A DNA stretch of 64,000 bases from an uncultured Gammaproteobacteria bacterium (GCA_965231095.1 OZ246416.1:121228-185227), one strand, 5' to 3'. Numbered from the stretch's first letter, positions 36,743 through 47,033 are shown. Translations and numbers: made by a program. The notes: generated by a model not told the origin, from the sequence alone.

Positions 36743-37183
36743 ATGGAACGTTTTTACTCAGTAATTTTTATTGTAATTTTGGCGGCGGCGGGATTTTTAA
36801 AAGCCGGCCAATACGCGGCGGACCACGGTTTTGTTACTGTTGATGACATAAAAGTTAAAGTGGAAATTGTCGATGAGCCGCTCGAGATGGCCAAGGGTTT
36901 GAGTAATCGGAAAAGTTTGGATGAAGGTCGTGGCATGCTTTTTGTTTTTGCCGAGCCGGGCCAGCCGGCTTTTTGGATGAAAGACATGGAATTTCCCATT
37001 GATATTATTTGGATTAAAAATGATGTAGTTATTGATATCGCACCAAATCTTCCGGTTGTGGCCGCGGAATTTTTATCAACTTACAGCCCGAAAGAGCCCG
37101 CAAATTATGTTTTGGAAGTTAACGCCGGTTTTGCCGAAGAGAATGGAATTAAAGTGGGGGACACAGTTGATATTAGAATTTAG
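36743..37183 (+). CDS. DUF192 (COG1430) protein
   Basis: GMLFVF…PAFWMKDMEFPIDIIWI signature of DUF192; N-terminal TM. Confidence 0.65.
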   Translation: MERFYSVIFIVILAAAGFLKAGQYAADHGFVTVDDIKVKVEIVDEPLEMAKGLSNRKSLDEGRGMLFVFAEPGQPAFWMKDMEFPIDIIWIKNDVVIDIAPNLPVVAAEFLSTYSPKEPANYVLEVNAGFAEENGIKVGDTVDIRI

Positions 37184-37216
37184 AAGTCGGAATTAATTTT
37201 TTTAAATAAAACTAGT

Positions 37217-37639
37217 ATGGGAGAATTAAGTTTTGAAAGAATAAATGAATCAATGAGGCAGGCCATGGAAAAAAATCCAGAAAAATTTCCCTTTCAGCCT
37301 GGGCAGCAAGTTTGGATTAGGGGTGATAGAACGCCGTGGGAATTTACCGGATTTGATCCGGAATCCGGCGATGCAGTTGTTAAGCGGGGAGAGAATATGG
37401 GGATGAAGGTGCCGGTGGAAAAATTGTCAAACACCAACACTGTTCCGGAAGAAGAGGGGCGCGAAGAACTTAATTTTGAATCGGGAGAAAAAGTTTTGGT
37501 CACTGATCCGGTAACTTATAAGCAAGTAGTAGAAACGTATATTGGGTTGGATCCGACAACCGGTTTGGCGATTGTCACGGTTGAGGGCGGTAAGGGGATA
37601 AAAAGAGTTGATAGAAAAAATTTGGGAAAAGTTTCTTAA
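37217..37639 (+). CDS. Hypothetical protein with two KOW/SH3-like repeats
   Basis: 140 aa; duplicated G(Q/E)xV(W/L)(I/V)… beta-rich segments. Confidence 0.5.
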   Translation: MGELSFERINESMRQAMEKNPEKFPFQPGQQVWIRGDRTPWEFTGFDPESGDAVVKRGENMGMKVPVEKLSNTNTVPEEEGREELNFESGEKVLVTDPVTYKQVVETYIGLDPTTGLAIVTVEGGKGIKRVDRKNLGKVS

Positions 37640-37717
37640 GGCTCTTGGCGGTTGACAGAATTTAGAGGAGATGGTTAAATTGTTAAATGATAATTTTTTA
37701 ATACTCAAAAGAAGATT

Positions 37718-38029
37718 ATGTTTGCAGTAATCAAAACAGGCGGGAAACAATACAAAGTAAAAGAGGGTGAAATTTTAAAGATTGAAAAAATCGCCGGAGC
37801 GGCCGGAGATAAGATTGATTTTGAAGTTTTGCTTTTAGCCGACGAAGACGGCAAGGACGTTAAAGTCGGAAAACCGATCGTTTCTGGCGCGAAAGTTGGC
37901 GCGGAAATTTTGGAGCAGGGCCGGGCGAGAAAAGTTGATGTTATTAAATACAAACCAAAAGTTCGCTATCGCCGAAAAGCCGGGCACCGACAGATGTATA
38001 CGAAGGTGAAAGTGACTAGCGTGAAGTAA
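37718..38029 (+). CDS. rplU: 50S ribosomal protein L21
   Basis: MFAVIKTGGKQYKVKEGEILKIEKI… canonical L21 N-terminus; 103 aa. Confidence 0.92.
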   Translation: MFAVIKTGGKQYKVKEGEILKIEKIAGAAGDKIDFEVLLLADEDGKDVKVGKPIVSGAKVGAEILEQGRARKVDVIKYKPKVRYRRKAGHRQMYTKVKVTSVK

Positions 38030-38094
38030 TTGGTAAATAAAGTAAAAATCCGCCGATTGGGCGGATTTTTGGTATTCGCAAATTGATTTGTGTA

Positions 38095-38706
38095 TCAAAT
38101 TTCTTTTCTTCCTTTCAGCGCGTCGGAGACGGTAACCTCGTCGGCGTATTCCAAGTCACTTCCCATCGGCAGGCCGCGAGCCAGACGGGTAATTTTTATA
38201 TTTTTTCCAAAAGATTTTATAAGTTTTGTAAGATAGAGCATTGTAGTTTCGCCCTCAAGATCGGGATTCAACGCCAAAATAATTTCTTTGATCGCGCCTT
38301 TCGCATTTTGGATTCGCGCCACCAGTTCTTTAATTTTAAGTTGGTCCGGAGTGATACCGTGGAGGGGATCAAGTACGCCGCCCAAAACATGGTAAGTCCC
38401 ATTATGGACGCCGGTGTTTTCAATGACCGGCAAATCCTGGTGTTCGGCCACGACGCAAATTGTTCCATGGTCGCGGCGGGAGTCGGCACAAATCGCGCAA
38501 GGATTATTTTCAGAAAAATTTTGGCAAATGGCGCAGGTGGAAATGGAATTTTTTAAGACGCCAAGCGCCGCGGAAAAATTTTCCACTTCAATTTTCGGCT
38601 GTTTTAACAAATAAAAAATAAACCGGAGAGCGGTTTTGGGGCCGACGCCCGGGAGGCGGGAAAAGTGGTCGATGAGAGATTGTAGGGGAGGTGGAAATTT
38701 ATTCAT
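38095..38706 (-). CDS. recR: Recombination protein RecR
   Basis: HhH (LPGVGPKTALR), C4 zinc finger (CAICQNFSENNPCAICADSRRD), Toprim domain; 203 aa. Confidence 0.92.
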   Translation of the reverse strand: MNKFPPPLQSLIDHFSRLPGVGPKTALRFIFYLLKQPKIEVENFSAALGVLKNSISTCAICQNFSENNPCAICADSRRDHGTICVVAEHQDLPVIENTGVHNGTYHVLGGVLDPLHGITPDQLKIKELVARIQNAKGAIKEIILALNPDLEGETTMLYLTKLIKSFGKNIKITRLARGLPMGSDLEYADEVTVSDALKGRKEI

Positions 38707-38744
38707 GTTTTCAATTTTGAAAATTGAGCCTTGAAAATTGAAAA

Positions 38745-40112
38745 TTAACCATTTTGTTCTTCCGCGCGGCGGTCCAGATTTTTAAAACTCACCCGGTTTT
38801 CGTCAAAATAAAGATTCACGATGCCGGTCGGGCCGTTTCTGTGTTTGGCAATATGAATTTCCGCGATGTTTCTTTCTTCGGGCGTGACTTCGCGGAAATT
38901 ACGATCCATGGCTTTGCGATAAATAAACAAAACCACGTCGGCATCCTGTTCAATTGATCCCGATTCACGCAAGTCGGCTAATTTAGGAATAGCCGGCGAC
39001 CGCGCTTCGACAGCGCGGGATAACTGTGACAAGGCAAGCACGGGGATATTTAATTCTCTGGCAATACCTTTTAGCGATCTTGTGATTTCCGCGATTTCCT
39101 GAACGCGGTTGTCGGTTTTTTGCGAACGAGATTCCATCAATTGCAGATAATCAATAATCAAAAGTCCCAGGCCATTTTCAATTTGCAGCCGGCGGGCTTT
39201 TGTTCTGATTTCCATAATATTTGAAGTTGCGGAATCATCAATAAAAATCGGGGCTTCGGAAAGCGTTCCCATGGCGTGGCCAATTCTCGGAAAATCATCA
39301 TCCTCGTCGCGGTCGGACAATTTTCCCGTACGCATTTTCCAAAGATCAACTCCGGCTTCGGAACAAAGCAGGCGGTCAACCAATTGTTCTTTTGACATTT
39401 CCAAACTAAAGATGCCGACCGGAACTTTTGCTTTGGTGGCGACATTTCGCGCGATGTCTAGGGCAAGCGAAGTTTTTCCGACTGAAGGGCGGGCGGCCAA
39501 AACCACAAGATCCGATTTTTGAAGTCCGGCCAAGAGATTATCTAAATCGTGGTAGCCGGTTGTGAGGCCGCGGAGTTTTCCTTTTTCTCGATGCAATTCG
39601 TCAATTCGGTCAAAAGCCTCGGTCAAAATATTTTTAATCGGAATGAAAATTTGTTTCAGGTATTTTTGGGAAACGGAAAAAAGTTTTTGTTCAGCTCTGT
39701 CCAAAACGACTTCCACATCTTCTTCTTCGTTGTAGCCAAGCGAGGTAATTTCTCCGGCGGCAGTGAGCAAGCGCCGCAGAGTCGCTTTTTTTTGGACGAT
39801 GTTCGCGTAATGGACAACGTGCGAGGCGGTCGGAACAGAATTCGCAAGCGTCATCAAATAACTTCTTCCGCCGATCATTTCCAGTTTATTATGCTCTTCC
39901 AATTTTGAAGTCAAACTTAAAATATCAATCGGTTCGTGCCGGCCAAAAAGGTCCAGGATCGCTTCATAAATTACGGCGTGACTTTCTTTATAAAAATCTT
40001 CGGTTCGGACAATATCGGCCACGCGGATGACGGAATCTTTATCAATCAAAAGCGAGCCTAAAAGAGATTGTTCGGCTTCTATATTTTGCGGCGTGATTTT
40101 TTCCGTAGTCAT
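38745..40112 (-). CDS. dnaB: Replicative DNA helicase DnaB
   Basis: N-terminal domain (PQNIEAEQSLLGSLL), Walker A GARPSVGKTSLAL, Walker B LLIIDYLQLM; 455 aa. Confidence 0.92.
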   Translation of the reverse strand: MTTEKITPQNIEAEQSLLGSLLIDKDSVIRVADIVRTEDFYKESHAVIYEAILDLFGRHEPIDILSLTSKLEEHNKLEMIGGRSYLMTLANSVPTASHVVHYANIVQKKATLRRLLTAAGEITSLGYNEEEDVEVVLDRAEQKLFSVSQKYLKQIFIPIKNILTEAFDRIDELHREKGKLRGLTTGYHDLDNLLAGLQKSDLVVLAARPSVGKTSLALDIARNVATKAKVPVGIFSLEMSKEQLVDRLLCSEAGVDLWKMRTGKLSDRDEDDDFPRIGHAMGTLSEAPIFIDDSATSNIMEIRTKARRLQIENGLGLLIIDYLQLMESRSQKTDNRVQEIAEITRSLKGIARELNIPVLALSQLSRAVEARSPAIPKLADLRESGSIEQDADVVLFIYRKAMDRNFREVTPEERNIAEIHIAKHRNGPTGIVNLYFDENRVSFKNLDRRAEEQNG

Positions 40113-40353
40113 AGATGGCGATTTAGGTTCTTAAATCTTAAACAATCCCGAGGAAAAAAGCAAATGGATTTTTGCACATTTTGTCCACCGCACCAGCTCA
40201 AATCTCAAATGTCAAAAATCAAAACTACAACTCAAAACTAAAAAGTTTTACGGCTTTAATCTTTGACTTTGAACTTTGCGTTTTGCGCTTTGAATATGTT
40301 TATGATTATGCTATAATAATTCAATTATCCAAATGGTTTAATATCATAAAAAT

Positions 40354-41490
40354 ATGAACAAAAGATTCTATCATGCCATTGCCATGATGGTGGGCATGAT
40401 TGTCGGAGTGGGGATTTTTGGCGTGCCTTACGCTGTGGAAAAGGTTGGGTTTGCCCTGGGCGCGACTTACATTTTTATTTTAGGAATGTTGCTTTTGCTT
40501 GTCCATATTCTCTACGGGGAGATAACTCTTCGGACAGAAGGTAAACATCGGCTGGTTGGCTACGCGGAAATTTATTTGGGGCAAAAAGGAAAAATCGCGG
40601 CGGCTCTTGCTCAGATTTTTTCTTTTTATGGGGCGCTGATTGCCTACATTGTAATCGGCGGACAATTTCTACATATGTTTTTGGCGCCGGTTTTAGGCGG
40701 AACGGTTTTGATGTATCAACTCGGATTTTTTATTTTTATGTCTTTATTTGTCGGGGCCGGGTTGAAACTTGTGGCTTCGATTGAGTTTGTCATGACAATT
40801 TTTCTTTTGGCGATTGTGGGAATTATTTTAGCTTTTGGCCTGCCCTACGTTTGGTATCCGAATTTATACGTGATGAATTTGAAAGAAATATTTTTTCCGT
40901 ACGGGGTGATTTTATTTGCCCTGGGCGGGGCGGCGGCCGTTCCGGAAATTCGCGATCTTTTGCGCGGTCAGGAAAAGAAAATGAAAAAGGCGATTATCTG
41001 GGGTACGGCGATTCCGCTTGCCATCACCATTCTTTTTTCTTTTGTGGTGATTGGCGTTTCCGGAGAACACACCAGCGCTGAAGCAATCACGGGTTTGATT
41101 GGGCCTCTTGGTAATAACATTGTTGTTCTTGGCGCAATTTTTGGATTTTTGGCGATCGCTACGTCCTTCCTGGTTTTGGGTTCGAATCTTAAAGATATTT
41201 TTTGTTGTGATTATAAAATTAATAAGTGGCTGTCGTGGCTTTTGGCTTGCGCCGTGCCATTTGTAATTTTTCTCTTAGCCAAGCCGTCGTTTATTTCAAT
41301 CGTAGGTTTTACCGGAGCGGTGCTCGGCGGGGTTGAAGGGCTTTTGATAATTTTGATTTGGTTAAAAGCGGAGAAAGAGGGGAAACGAACGCCAGAATAT
41401 AAAGTTAAAGTTTCCGAGTGGGTTTTGAGTTTGGTCGCCTTTGTCTTTGTTTTGGGAATTATTTACAAAATAATTTATCCGGAGATTTAA
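40354..41490 (+). CDS. Amino-acid permease (aromatic amino acid/HAAAP-like transporter)
   Basis: 11 predicted TM; N-terminal MVGMIVGVGIFGVPYAV typical of the amino-acid transporter family. Confidence 0.6.
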   Translation: MNKRFYHAIAMMVGMIVGVGIFGVPYAVEKVGFALGATYIFILGMLLLLVHILYGEITLRTEGKHRLVGYAEIYLGQKGKIAAALAQIFSFYGALIAYIVIGGQFLHMFLAPVLGGTVLMYQLGFFIFMSLFVGAGLKLVASIEFVMTIFLLAIVGIILAFGLPYVWYPNLYVMNLKEIFFPYGVILFALGGAAAVPEIRDLLRGQEKKMKKAIIWGTAIPLAITILFSFVVIGVSGEHTSAEAITGLIGPLGNNIVVLGAIFGFLAIATSFLVLGSNLKDIFCCDYKINKWLSWLLACAVPFVIFLLAKPSFISIVGFTGAVLGGVEGLLIILIWLKAEKEGKRTPEYKVKVSEWVLSLVAFVFVLGIIYKIIYPEI

Positions 41491-41547
41491 GGCAATTTAG
41501 AAAAAATAAAAACACGGCTTTGCGGCCGCGTTTTGTTTTTGGAAAAT

Positions 41548-42372
41548 TTATTTTTTCGCAAGATTCAAAACGTTTTGCAGAAGTTCTGCCACGGTCATTG
41601 GTCCAACGCCGCCGGGAACAGGCGTGATGGCGCCAGCTTTTGGGGCGGTGGAATCAAAATCAACATCACCAACGGTCGCGCCGTCTTCCAGTCGTGTCGT
41701 GCCCACATCAATTAAAATCGAGCCGGGCTTTATCGCTTCAGTCGTGATAATTTTTGGCCGGCCGAGAGCGGTGATTACAATATCGGCGTCGGAAATATCT
41801 GCAGTCAATTTTTCCGGCGCGATTATCGTTGTAACATCATTGTCTTCCAGAATTTTTTCCAAGGGTTTTGCCAGAATTTCGCTGTTGGCCAAGATGGTGA
41901 TTTTTTTATTTTTCAATTCCGCGCCGGTTGATTCAATGAGTTTTAAAATTCCCGAAATAACCGGCGGAACAATTTTCGGCTCGCCGGCCAAGAGTTTCGC
42001 GATATTTTCCGGATGAAAACCGTCGGCGTCTTTTTTGGGATCAATCGCCGCCACGATTTTATTTTCGTCGTAATTTTGAGGCAGAGGAAGCTGGACAATA
42101 ATTCCGTGAATAGCCGGTCGGGCGTTTAATTCTTTTATTTTCGCGATGATTTTTTCTTCCGGTTCAGTAGCAAAAAATAAAGATTTTTCAAAATGAATGC
42201 CAACTTCGGCAGCGGCTTTTTCTTTCAAACCAACATATAAATGCGAAGCCGGATCAGCCCCAACTAAAATCACGGCCAGGCCGGGAGTAATTCCCAGTTC
42301 GGCGATTTCTTTTTTTATTTCGGCGCGGATTTCCGCGGCGATTTTTTTGCCGTCAATAATTTGTGCGGGCAT
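41548..42372 (-). CDS. folD: Bifunctional methylenetetrahydrofolate dehydrogenase/cyclohydrolase
   Basis: MPAQIIDGKKIA…; Rossmann GxSxxVG-like VILVGADPASHLYV; 274 aa. Confidence 0.9.
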   Translation of the reverse strand: MPAQIIDGKKIAAEIRAEIKKEIAELGITPGLAVILVGADPASHLYVGLKEKAAAEVGIHFEKSLFFATEPEEKIIAKIKELNARPAIHGIIVQLPLPQNYDENKIVAAIDPKKDADGFHPENIAKLLAGEPKIVPPVISGILKLIESTGAELKNKKITILANSEILAKPLEKILEDNDVTTIIAPEKLTADISDADIVITALGRPKIITTEAIKPGSILIDVGTTRLEDGATVGDVDFDSTAPKAGAITPVPGGVGPMTVAELLQNVLNLAKK

Positions 42373-42420
42373 TGATTTTTATATTTAAAGTGATAGGCTG
42401 AAATTAGAAGGAGGGTAGAG

Positions 42421-42624
42421 ATGAGGGCAATTCTAGCCGTGATTATCGGCGTCGTAATGGCGTTTGTGGTCGCCGGAGTTTGCTCCGCAGTTACACCGGA
42501 ACAGCCGCAGTGGGAAGCAGTAATGGGGCTCAATCAGGGAGGGGAAAAACTCGTTCCGGGGATTTTCGGCGTTACTGTCTGGGCATTGATAATGGCATGG
42601 GTTTTGAACGCTCTGGACAAGTAA
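42421..42624 (+). CDS. Small 2-TM membrane protein (high-GC, SD-driven)
   Basis: Strong SD gaaggaggg 7 nt upstream; GC about 52%; 67 aa with two hydrophobic helices; inserted between folD and glyA. Confidence 0.5.
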   Translation: MRAILAVIIGVVMAFVVAGVCSAVTPEQPQWEAVMGLNQGGEKLVPGIFGVTVWALIMAWVLNALDK

Positions 42625-42634
42625 CGCAGTCCAA

Positions 42635-43921
42635 TCAATCCACAAGGACCGAGAGGCCCGGGTAGATCGGAAACTTCATCACAAGTTCGCGAACGCTTTC
42701 GCGGACTTCTTTTTTTATATTTTCATCGTCAATGTTTTTAATAATTTTTACAATCATCTGGCCAACTAATTTCATTTCTTCTTCTTTCATCCCGCGGGTG
42801 GTTAAGGCCGGAGTGCCAAGGCGGATGCCGGACGGGTCAGTCGGTTTTCGGCTATCGTAGGGAATCATGTTTTTATTGACATAAATTCCTACTTCGCCCA
42901 GAGCGTCTTCAACTTGTTTTCCGCCAAGTCCGGTGTCGGTAAGATCAATTAAAATTAAATGATTGTCCGTGCCGCCCGAAACCAAATTCAGCCCGCCGGC
43001 CAAAAGTGTGTCCGCCAAAGTTTTGGCATTTTTTACAATTTGTTTTTGGTATTCAATAAAATCAGGCTGGAGCGCTTCAAGGAAAGAAACAGCCTTGGCG
43101 GCGATAATGTGTTCAAGCGGGCCGCCCTGGATTCCCGGAAAAACAGCGCTATCAATTTTTTGCGCCAGATTTTTTTTATCTTCCGGGCGAAGGCGGTCGG
43201 CGATTTTAGACAAAATTAAACCGCTGCGCGGACCGCGCAAGGTTTTATGAGTTGTAGTCGTCACAACATCGCAAATCGGAATTGGATCAGGATGAATTTT
43301 TGCGGTGACTAATCCGGCGATGTGGGCAATGTCAGCCATTAAATACGCGCCAATTTCGTCCGCAATTTTTCGGAAAGCGGCAAAATCAATTTCGCGCGGA
43401 TAAGCCGAAGCGCCGGTCAAAATTAACTTCGGTTTTTCCGCCAGAGCGATTTCCCAGACTTCATCCATATCAATCCGACCGGTCTTTTTGTTTACGCCAT
43501 AAAAAACAACATTATAAAATTTTCCGGAAAAATTTACCGGCGCGCCGTGCGAGAGATGTCCGCCGTGAGCCAGATTCATCGCGAGGATTTTATCACCGGG
43601 ATTTAAAAGCGCGAAATATGCCGCGGCGTTGGCTTGCGAGCCGGAGTGCGGCTGAACATTGGCGTGCTCGGCGCCGAAGATTTTTTTCGCGCGGTCAATG
43701 GCCAGATTTTCCGAAACGTCAATAAATTGGTTTCCGCCGTAATAACGCTTGCCCGGGTAACCTTCGGAATATTTATTAGTGAGCGGCGTGCCCATTGCTT
43801 CCAAGACCGCGCGGCTTACGATATTTTCCGAAGCGATCATTTCCAAACCAGACCGCTGGCGGTTAATTTCGTTTTCAATTGCATTGGCAATTTCGGGATC
43901 GAATTTTGATAGGTGTGACAT
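42635..43921 (-). CDS. glyA: Serine hydroxymethyltransferase
   Basis: Start placed at [18 protein letters not shown] (residue 45 of the track ORF). PLP-lysine motif [14 protein letters not shown]. The 44-codon N-terminal extension in the track translates the R3 repeat and the promoter. Confidence 0.9.
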   Translation of the reverse strand: MSHLSKFDPEIANAIENEINRQRSGLEMIASENIVSRAVLEAMGTPLTNKYSEGYPGKRYYGGNQFIDVSENLAIDRAKKIFGAEHANVQPHSGSQANAAAYFALLNPGDKILAMNLAHGGHLSHGAPVNFSGKFYNVVFYGVNKKTGRIDMDEVWEIALAEKPKLILTGASAYPREIDFAAFRKIADEIGAYLMADIAHIAGLVTAKIHPDPIPICDVVTTTTHKTLRGPRSGLILSKIADRLRPEDKKNLAQKIDSAVFPGIQGGPLEHIIAAKAVSFLEALQPDFIEYQKQIVKNAKTLADTLLAGGLNLVSGGTDNHLILIDLTDTGLGGKQVEDALGEVGIYVNKNMIPYDSRKPTDPSGIRLGTPALTTRGMKEEEMKLVGQMIVKIIKNIDDENIKKEVRESVRELVMKFPIYPGLSVLVD

Positions 43922-43924
43922 TGA

Positions 43925-43995
43925 ATTATTGTTCGAGCGAGGCCGTTGGCCGAGTCGAGAACTTCTCGACGCGCTCACTTCGTTCGCTTGCTCGA
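43925..43995 (-). repeat. Dispersed palindromic repeat, copy R3 (in glyA 5' leader)
   Basis: Reverse complement reads cttcgagcaagcgaacgaagtgagcgcgTCGAGAAGTTCTCGActcggccaacggcctcgctcgaacaa, closely matching copy R2. Confidence 0.6.
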
Positions 43996-44108
43996 AGAGT
44001 AAAATTGGAGTTAAAAGTATTTTTATCTTATCATCACTATTGACAAAAAGCAAAAAATATTGGATAATTTTATATTCGCCAAAGTCGGCGATAGAAAGAG
44101 GGATGAGG

Positions 44109-44603
44109 ATGAGCGGACCACATCTTGTCGGTTTTATTCTTGTTGTGGCCGGGGGCTTGGCATACGGGGGGAACCACGCGGAGAACCGGAAAATCCCGAA
44201 GAGGGCCTGGGATGTGGGAGAATTGTGCCTTCACTACGGTGGGTTGGCTGGTGTTTTTCTCGGGTTAGCGTTGCTTGTCTTCGGTTGCGGCGCGAGCGTG
44301 CCAGAACCGACCGATCCGGTTACGGTCGAAGTAGATGGTCCGACAACGGAATTGGCGCCGACCGTGAACTTCTATTTGCGTCTATCCATGGCGCGTGTAG
44401 GCTTCGCGGCATGTGAAGCCGCACAGGTGCCGCTCGAAGAAAGAAGTGCCATCAGAGCTGAGGCTCGGCAGGAAGTGCAATTACTTCACGACGAGCTGGT
44501 CGCTTACGTCAAAAGCGGCCAGACCGGAGAGTACTGCGGGCCGGTTTGCGAGGAGATATTCAATTTCCTTGCGAACGTCGACGAGAGTATTTGCGAGGAG
44601 TAG
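44109..44603 (+). CDS. Membrane protein with Cys-containing C-terminal domain (high-GC islet, SD-driven)
   Basis: SD aaagaggg; two TM helices, lipobox-like LLVFGCGAS, then a soluble domain with AACEAAQ…YCGPVCEE…ICEE; GC about 58%. The long track ORF 43779.. is antisense to glyA upstream of this start. Confidence 0.5.
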   Translation: MSGPHLVGFILVVAGGLAYGGNHAENRKIPKRAWDVGELCLHYGGLAGVFLGLALLVFGCGASVPEPTDPVTVEVDGPTTELAPTVNFYLRLSMARVGFAACEAAQVPLEERSAIRAEARQEVQLLHDELVAYVKSGQTGEYCGPVCEEIFNFLANVDESICEE

Positions 44604-44606
44604 GGA

Positions 44607-44700
44607 GGTGCTGCGGATTCTTGGTTTCAAACCTTGAATCCGCTTTTTATTTTTGTGAAAGTACAGAAAAAAAACCCGCCGGAGAGGCGGGTTTGTTTAG
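44607..44700. terminator. Two tandem hairpin terminators (convergent genes)
   Basis: gcggattc…gaatccgc + TTTTT, then aaacccgccggagaggcgggttt serving elp3 on the opposite strand. Confidence 0.7.
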
Positions 44701-46280
44701 AAATTTTTTACCATGTAAGTTCCTTCTCTCTTGTATCCAAGTTTTTTGTAATATTCGCGGACGCCGATGCCGGAAATGACGGCCATCTTTTTGATCTTTG
44801 ATTTTCGCACAATTTTTTCCGCTTCGACCATTAATTTTTTTCCAAGTCCAAGATGCTGTGTCGCGCCGGGAGAATTTTTATCAATTGGCACAAGATGTCC
44901 GTAAGTATGGAGTTCGCGAATCAATGCCGCGTCTTTTAATTCTGGTAAAATGGGCGGTGTTTTGAAATTTGGGATTCGGAGACGGACAAAAGCGTAGAGG
45001 ATTTTTTTGTCGGGTGATGCGAAACTGATAAAATATTCCATGCCGCCCGATGCTTGGTATTTTTTGATAAACATTTTAGGTGGCTGGCGCAGACTTAAGT
45101 CTACTATTCCATTTTTTTGGTGTCCGATTTCTCGGCAGCGGATGCATTTGCAAGCGAGACCGCGTCGCGCCATTTCCGCGGTAACGACTTCGCGCAGATT
45201 AGAAACTTTATTTCCCGCGGCAATACTTGGGCCTGGGATATCGCGGATCAAGCGATTTACGCGAACGTAAGGCGGAATTATTTTTTTAATATTGATAAGA
45301 AGCTCCACGAGTTGTTTTTCTGAATACGGTTTGTATTTTTTTTGTTTCCACCATGCGTAAATTTCCGAACCGCGCGTCACAACGCAAGGATAAATTTTAA
45401 TCATGTCCGGCTGGAAGTCGGGATTAGAAAAAATTTCACGAAACATTTTTAAGTCGCGAGCCGTAGTTGATCCCGGAAGATTTGGCATTATGTGATAGCA
45501 AATTTTAAATCCGGCATCTTTCAAAATTTTTGTGGCGCGGATAGTTGCGGCAACATTGTGTCCGCGGCGATTTCGCTGTAAGATAGAATCATAAATACTC
45601 TGGACGCCGAGTTCAACGCGGGTCGCGCCTAATTCACGCATTTTTAAGATTTCTTCGGGGGTAATATAATCCGGCCGGGTTTCAAGAGTGATGCCAATAA
45701 TTCTGTGTTTGGCGGTTTCATTTATTTTTTGGGCCGCGGCGAGTGTTTTGCTTTTTCGGCCATTGGCGCCGTCAAAACATTTTTGGATAAACCATTTTTG
45801 GTAGCGATCGGGAAGCGCGGACCAAGTTCCACCGATGACGATTAATTCCAATTTGTCGGTCGGGTGGCCATTCATTTCTAAAACTTGGATTCGTCCGGCA
45901 ACTTGTTTTTTGGGATCAAAATTAAAAGTGATCGCGCGCATCACGGCCGGTTCATTGGACAAATAACTTTTTGGCATGTTTTTTTCCGTCGGGCAGTAAG
46001 CGCAGCGGCCGGGGCAAGGATAGAATTTTGTTAGAACCGCAATCGGCGCTACGCCGGAAATTGTCCGCACTTCGCGTTTTTTAAGGAGCATTTCCAGTTT
46101 CAGATCGCGTTTGATTTTTTTCTGTCGCAAAAGTTTTTGATAGATTTTAAAAATATCGGCGGAGAGCGGAGGGGGCAATTTAAATTTACCCGCGGCTTGC
46201 CGTTTTAAGTCGGAAAGATTTCTGCGAGTTTCGGGTTTGTCTTTAATCAGTTGTCTTGTGATGATTTCTAAGGTTTTCAT
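44697..46280 (-). CDS. elp3: Elp3-family radical-SAM/GNAT protein (tRNA wobble uridine modification, archaeal/eukaryotic type)
   Basis: Radical SAM CxxxCxxC (CPGRCAYCP), central TIM-barrel, C-terminal GNAT fold (…HLGLGKKLMVEAEKI…); 527 aa. Confidence 0.8.
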   Translation of the reverse strand: MKTLEIITRQLIKDKPETRRNLSDLKRQAAGKFKLPPPLSADIFKIYQKLLRQKKIKRDLKLEMLLKKREVRTISGVAPIAVLTKFYPCPGRCAYCPTEKNMPKSYLSNEPAVMRAITFNFDPKKQVAGRIQVLEMNGHPTDKLELIVIGGTWSALPDRYQKWFIQKCFDGANGRKSKTLAAAQKINETAKHRIIGITLETRPDYITPEEILKMRELGATRVELGVQSIYDSILQRNRRGHNVAATIRATKILKDAGFKICYHIMPNLPGSTTARDLKMFREIFSNPDFQPDMIKIYPCVVTRGSEIYAWWKQKKYKPYSEKQLVELLINIKKIIPPYVRVNRLIRDIPGPSIAAGNKVSNLREVVTAEMARRGLACKCIRCREIGHQKNGIVDLSLRQPPKMFIKKYQASGGMEYFISFASPDKKILYAFVRLRIPNFKTPPILPELKDAALIRELHTYGHLVPIDKNSPGATQHLGLGKKLMVEAEKIVRKSKIKKMAVISGIGVREYYKKLGYKREGTYMVKNF

Positions 46281-46283
46281 TTT

Positions 46284-47015
46284 ATGAAAGAAGAAGTCGT
46301 AAAAAAAATTTTAGACGAAGTAAGAAATAATTACGCCCTGATCGCGCCGCATTTTTCAAAGACGCGGCAAAGATTTTGGAATGAGATGCGCGATTTTGCG
46401 GAAAGCATGGCGCCCGGCGATCGCGTGCTTGATTTGGGATGCGGCAATGGAAGATTGTATGATGCTCTGAAAGATAAGTCAATTGATTATACCGGCATTG
46501 ATAATTCTCCCGAACTTTTGGATTTTGCAAAAAAGAGATGGGGGGAAAGTGAATCGCGGAAGTTTTTGTTGGGCGACGCGACAAATTTGGATTGGTGGAA
46601 GGGGGAGAAATATAGCGTAGTGTTTTTGATCGCCACTCTGCACCATATTCCGTCGGAAAATTTGCGGAAAAAAGTTTTAGAAAATGTTAGCAAGGTGCTC
46701 GCGCCAAACGGATTTTTGATTATGACCAACTGGGCGTTGTTTAGAAAAAAATATTTGGCGTTTTTGGCAAAAAATATTATTTTAAAATTATTTGGCCAAA
46801 GCGAGTTAGATTTTGGCGACGCCATGGTCCCCTGGAAAAGCAATGAGGGGGGCGGAGTTCTTGCGAAAAGATATGTTCACGCTTTTACTTTACGGGAATT
46901 GAGGCGTCTCGTCAAAGGTGCGGGGTTTGAAATTTTGGAAAATTTTTATATTAGAAAAGGGAAAAAGGTGCACACCTGGGACGGATGGAATATTGTCACA
47001 ATCGCGAAAAAGTGA
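46284..47015 (+). CDS. Class I SAM-dependent methyltransferase
   Basis: Motif I VLDLGCGNGR, motif post-I IDNSPELL. Confidence 0.75.
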   Translation: MKEEVVKKILDEVRNNYALIAPHFSKTRQRFWNEMRDFAESMAPGDRVLDLGCGNGRLYDALKDKSIDYTGIDNSPELLDFAKKRWGESESRKFLLGDATNLDWWKGEKYSVVFLIATLHHIPSENLRKKVLENVSKVLAPNGFLIMTNWALFRKKYLAFLAKNIILKLFGQSELDFGDAMVPWKSNEGGGVLAKRYVHAFTLRELRRLVKGAGFEILENFYIRKGKKVHTWDGWNIVTIAKK

Positions 47016-47033
47016 TAGGATAAAAATTAAAAT

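Noticed and set aside
43925-43995. ZTP or THF riboswitch upstream of glyA
   Set aside because: glyA and folD are classic ZTP/THF targets, but the element is the dispersed palindromic repeat. It lacks the GGGTGG…ACCGGGG / CCGCCTGGGCA ZTP signature.
43779-44108. 5' part of track ORF 43779..44603
   Set aside because: Runs antisense through the glyA N-terminus and promoter. The SD plus ATG at 44109 and the TM helices mark the real start.
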